Source: Balamuthia mandrillaris | Taxonomy: Eukaryota | Assembly (NCBI GenBank): GCA_031835245.2 | Contig: JAVKOQ020000078.1 | Coordinates: forward strand, 1-64,000 | DNA: 64,000 bases | Direction of reading: 5' to 3' | The notes under the pieces: model-generated | Databases searched by the model: none | The model's input: only the letters and a program-made list of their open reading frames with translations | Told to the model about the DNA's origin: nothing | Program-made: the position numbers and the translations under genes | In this document: in pieces, positions 62,974-64,000 of the stretch | Layout: every line of letters starts with the position of its first letter | Numbering within the stretch: the first letter of the stretch is position 1

Positions 62974-64000
62974 ATGGAGGACAATTCAGGCAGACGGCTG
63001 AGATCTCCGTACGCGAGAGGCACAGCACCCATCATTAAAGAGATTTACGTACGTTACACAGCTGACGGAAGCCCTGCCTCCTTTCTAATCTTTGTGTTTT
63101 CATTTGCAGCAACTTGGTGACATCTTGGGCAAAGGAGCTTATGGTACTGTATTTAGGGGACTTAATATCAAAACTGGAGAAGTGGTTGCCATAAAGCAGA
63201 TTGAGAAGAAAAACATAAGAGAAGACCAAATGCCAAGCATCATGGTTCGCTTACCAAGCAAATCCAATCCTCTGTTCTATCTTCTTGTTGGGTTCTGAAC
63301 TTAAAAAAAAAAAATCTGACTTGCAGCAAGAACTGGAGATGCTTCAAAATCTTTATCACCCTAATGTGGTCACCTTCATAGATTTCTCGGACGATAAAAA
63401 ATACTTGTATTTCATTTTGGAGTGCGTAAAACCTTTTTCTCTTCCCTCTCCCTCCCTCCCCACTCCCTCTCCTTTCGCTGCCTTTAACTTCCTTTGTTAA
63501 TCAAACGTCTCAGATTCGTGGAAGGAGGCAACCTGCATGAAGCAATGGTCAAGTTTGGAAAGTTCTCAGAAACGCTATTAGTCATTTACGTTGCGCAAGT
63601 GCTGCGCGGACTTTGTTATTTGCACGAACGAGGGGTAATTCACAGGGACATTAAAGGAGCCAACATCTTGCTCACCAAGGAAGGAACCGTGAAGTTGGCT
63701 GACTTTGGCAGCTGCAGCTATGCTGCAGTCGTTACCAACGACTTGGCCGGAACTCCATTTTGGAGTAAGTGCCTCTCTCCCTGTTCTTAGCTTCTTTTCA
63801 TCTTTTGCTCTGTTATTTAGAACTTTTTTAACGAAATACACATAAAGTGGCACCGGAGGTTATTGGGAAGGAAGAATCCAAATTTGGAGCAGACATATGG
63901 AGCCTCGGATGTACCATTTTAGAATTGTTAACAGGAGCAGCACCCTACTGGAAGTTGGGTGCCGATATAGCTATGTACAGAATGGTGGAGGATGAGCATC
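62974..64000 (+). CDS. STE-group kinase, Cdc15/SepA/MAP3K-epsilon-like; 3' end runs off the window
   Basis: [77 protein letters not shown]. Confidence 0.9.

Overview
Gene-dense, intron-rich eukaryotic DNA with short GT-AG introns, many carrying (CT)n tracts on the sense strand. The gene content (tyrosine-kinase-type, TKL and 7TM kinases, SH2-like domain, bacterial-type enzymes) suggests a free-living amoebozoan; this is an inference. About 23 protein-coding genes are recognisable: tafazzin, SCT1-type GPAT, ALDH, a Ki-67-like FHA/SAP protein, a tyrosine kinase, mitochondrial RRF, acyltransferase-3, Rad21, APLF-like, WDR91, MORN-VPS9, PhoD, PARL rhomboid, erythromycin-esterase family, 7TM kinase, ankyrin-RasGAP, homeobox, PP2C-like, NDT-like, a Cdc15/SepA-like kinase and three poorly characterised genes. 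The standout is a ~1.5-kb IS607-derived Fanzor2 (eukaryotic TnpB-type RNA-guided nuclease) element at ~18.2-19.7 kb between two convergent host genes. Its N-terminal half is inverted relative to its RuvC/zinc-finger half, the RuvC-I segment is missing and there is a nonsense codon. Even so, a well-paired omegaRNA-like scaffold with a predicted pseudoknot remains at the right end. Gene boundaries were inferred by eye and are approximate where stated.
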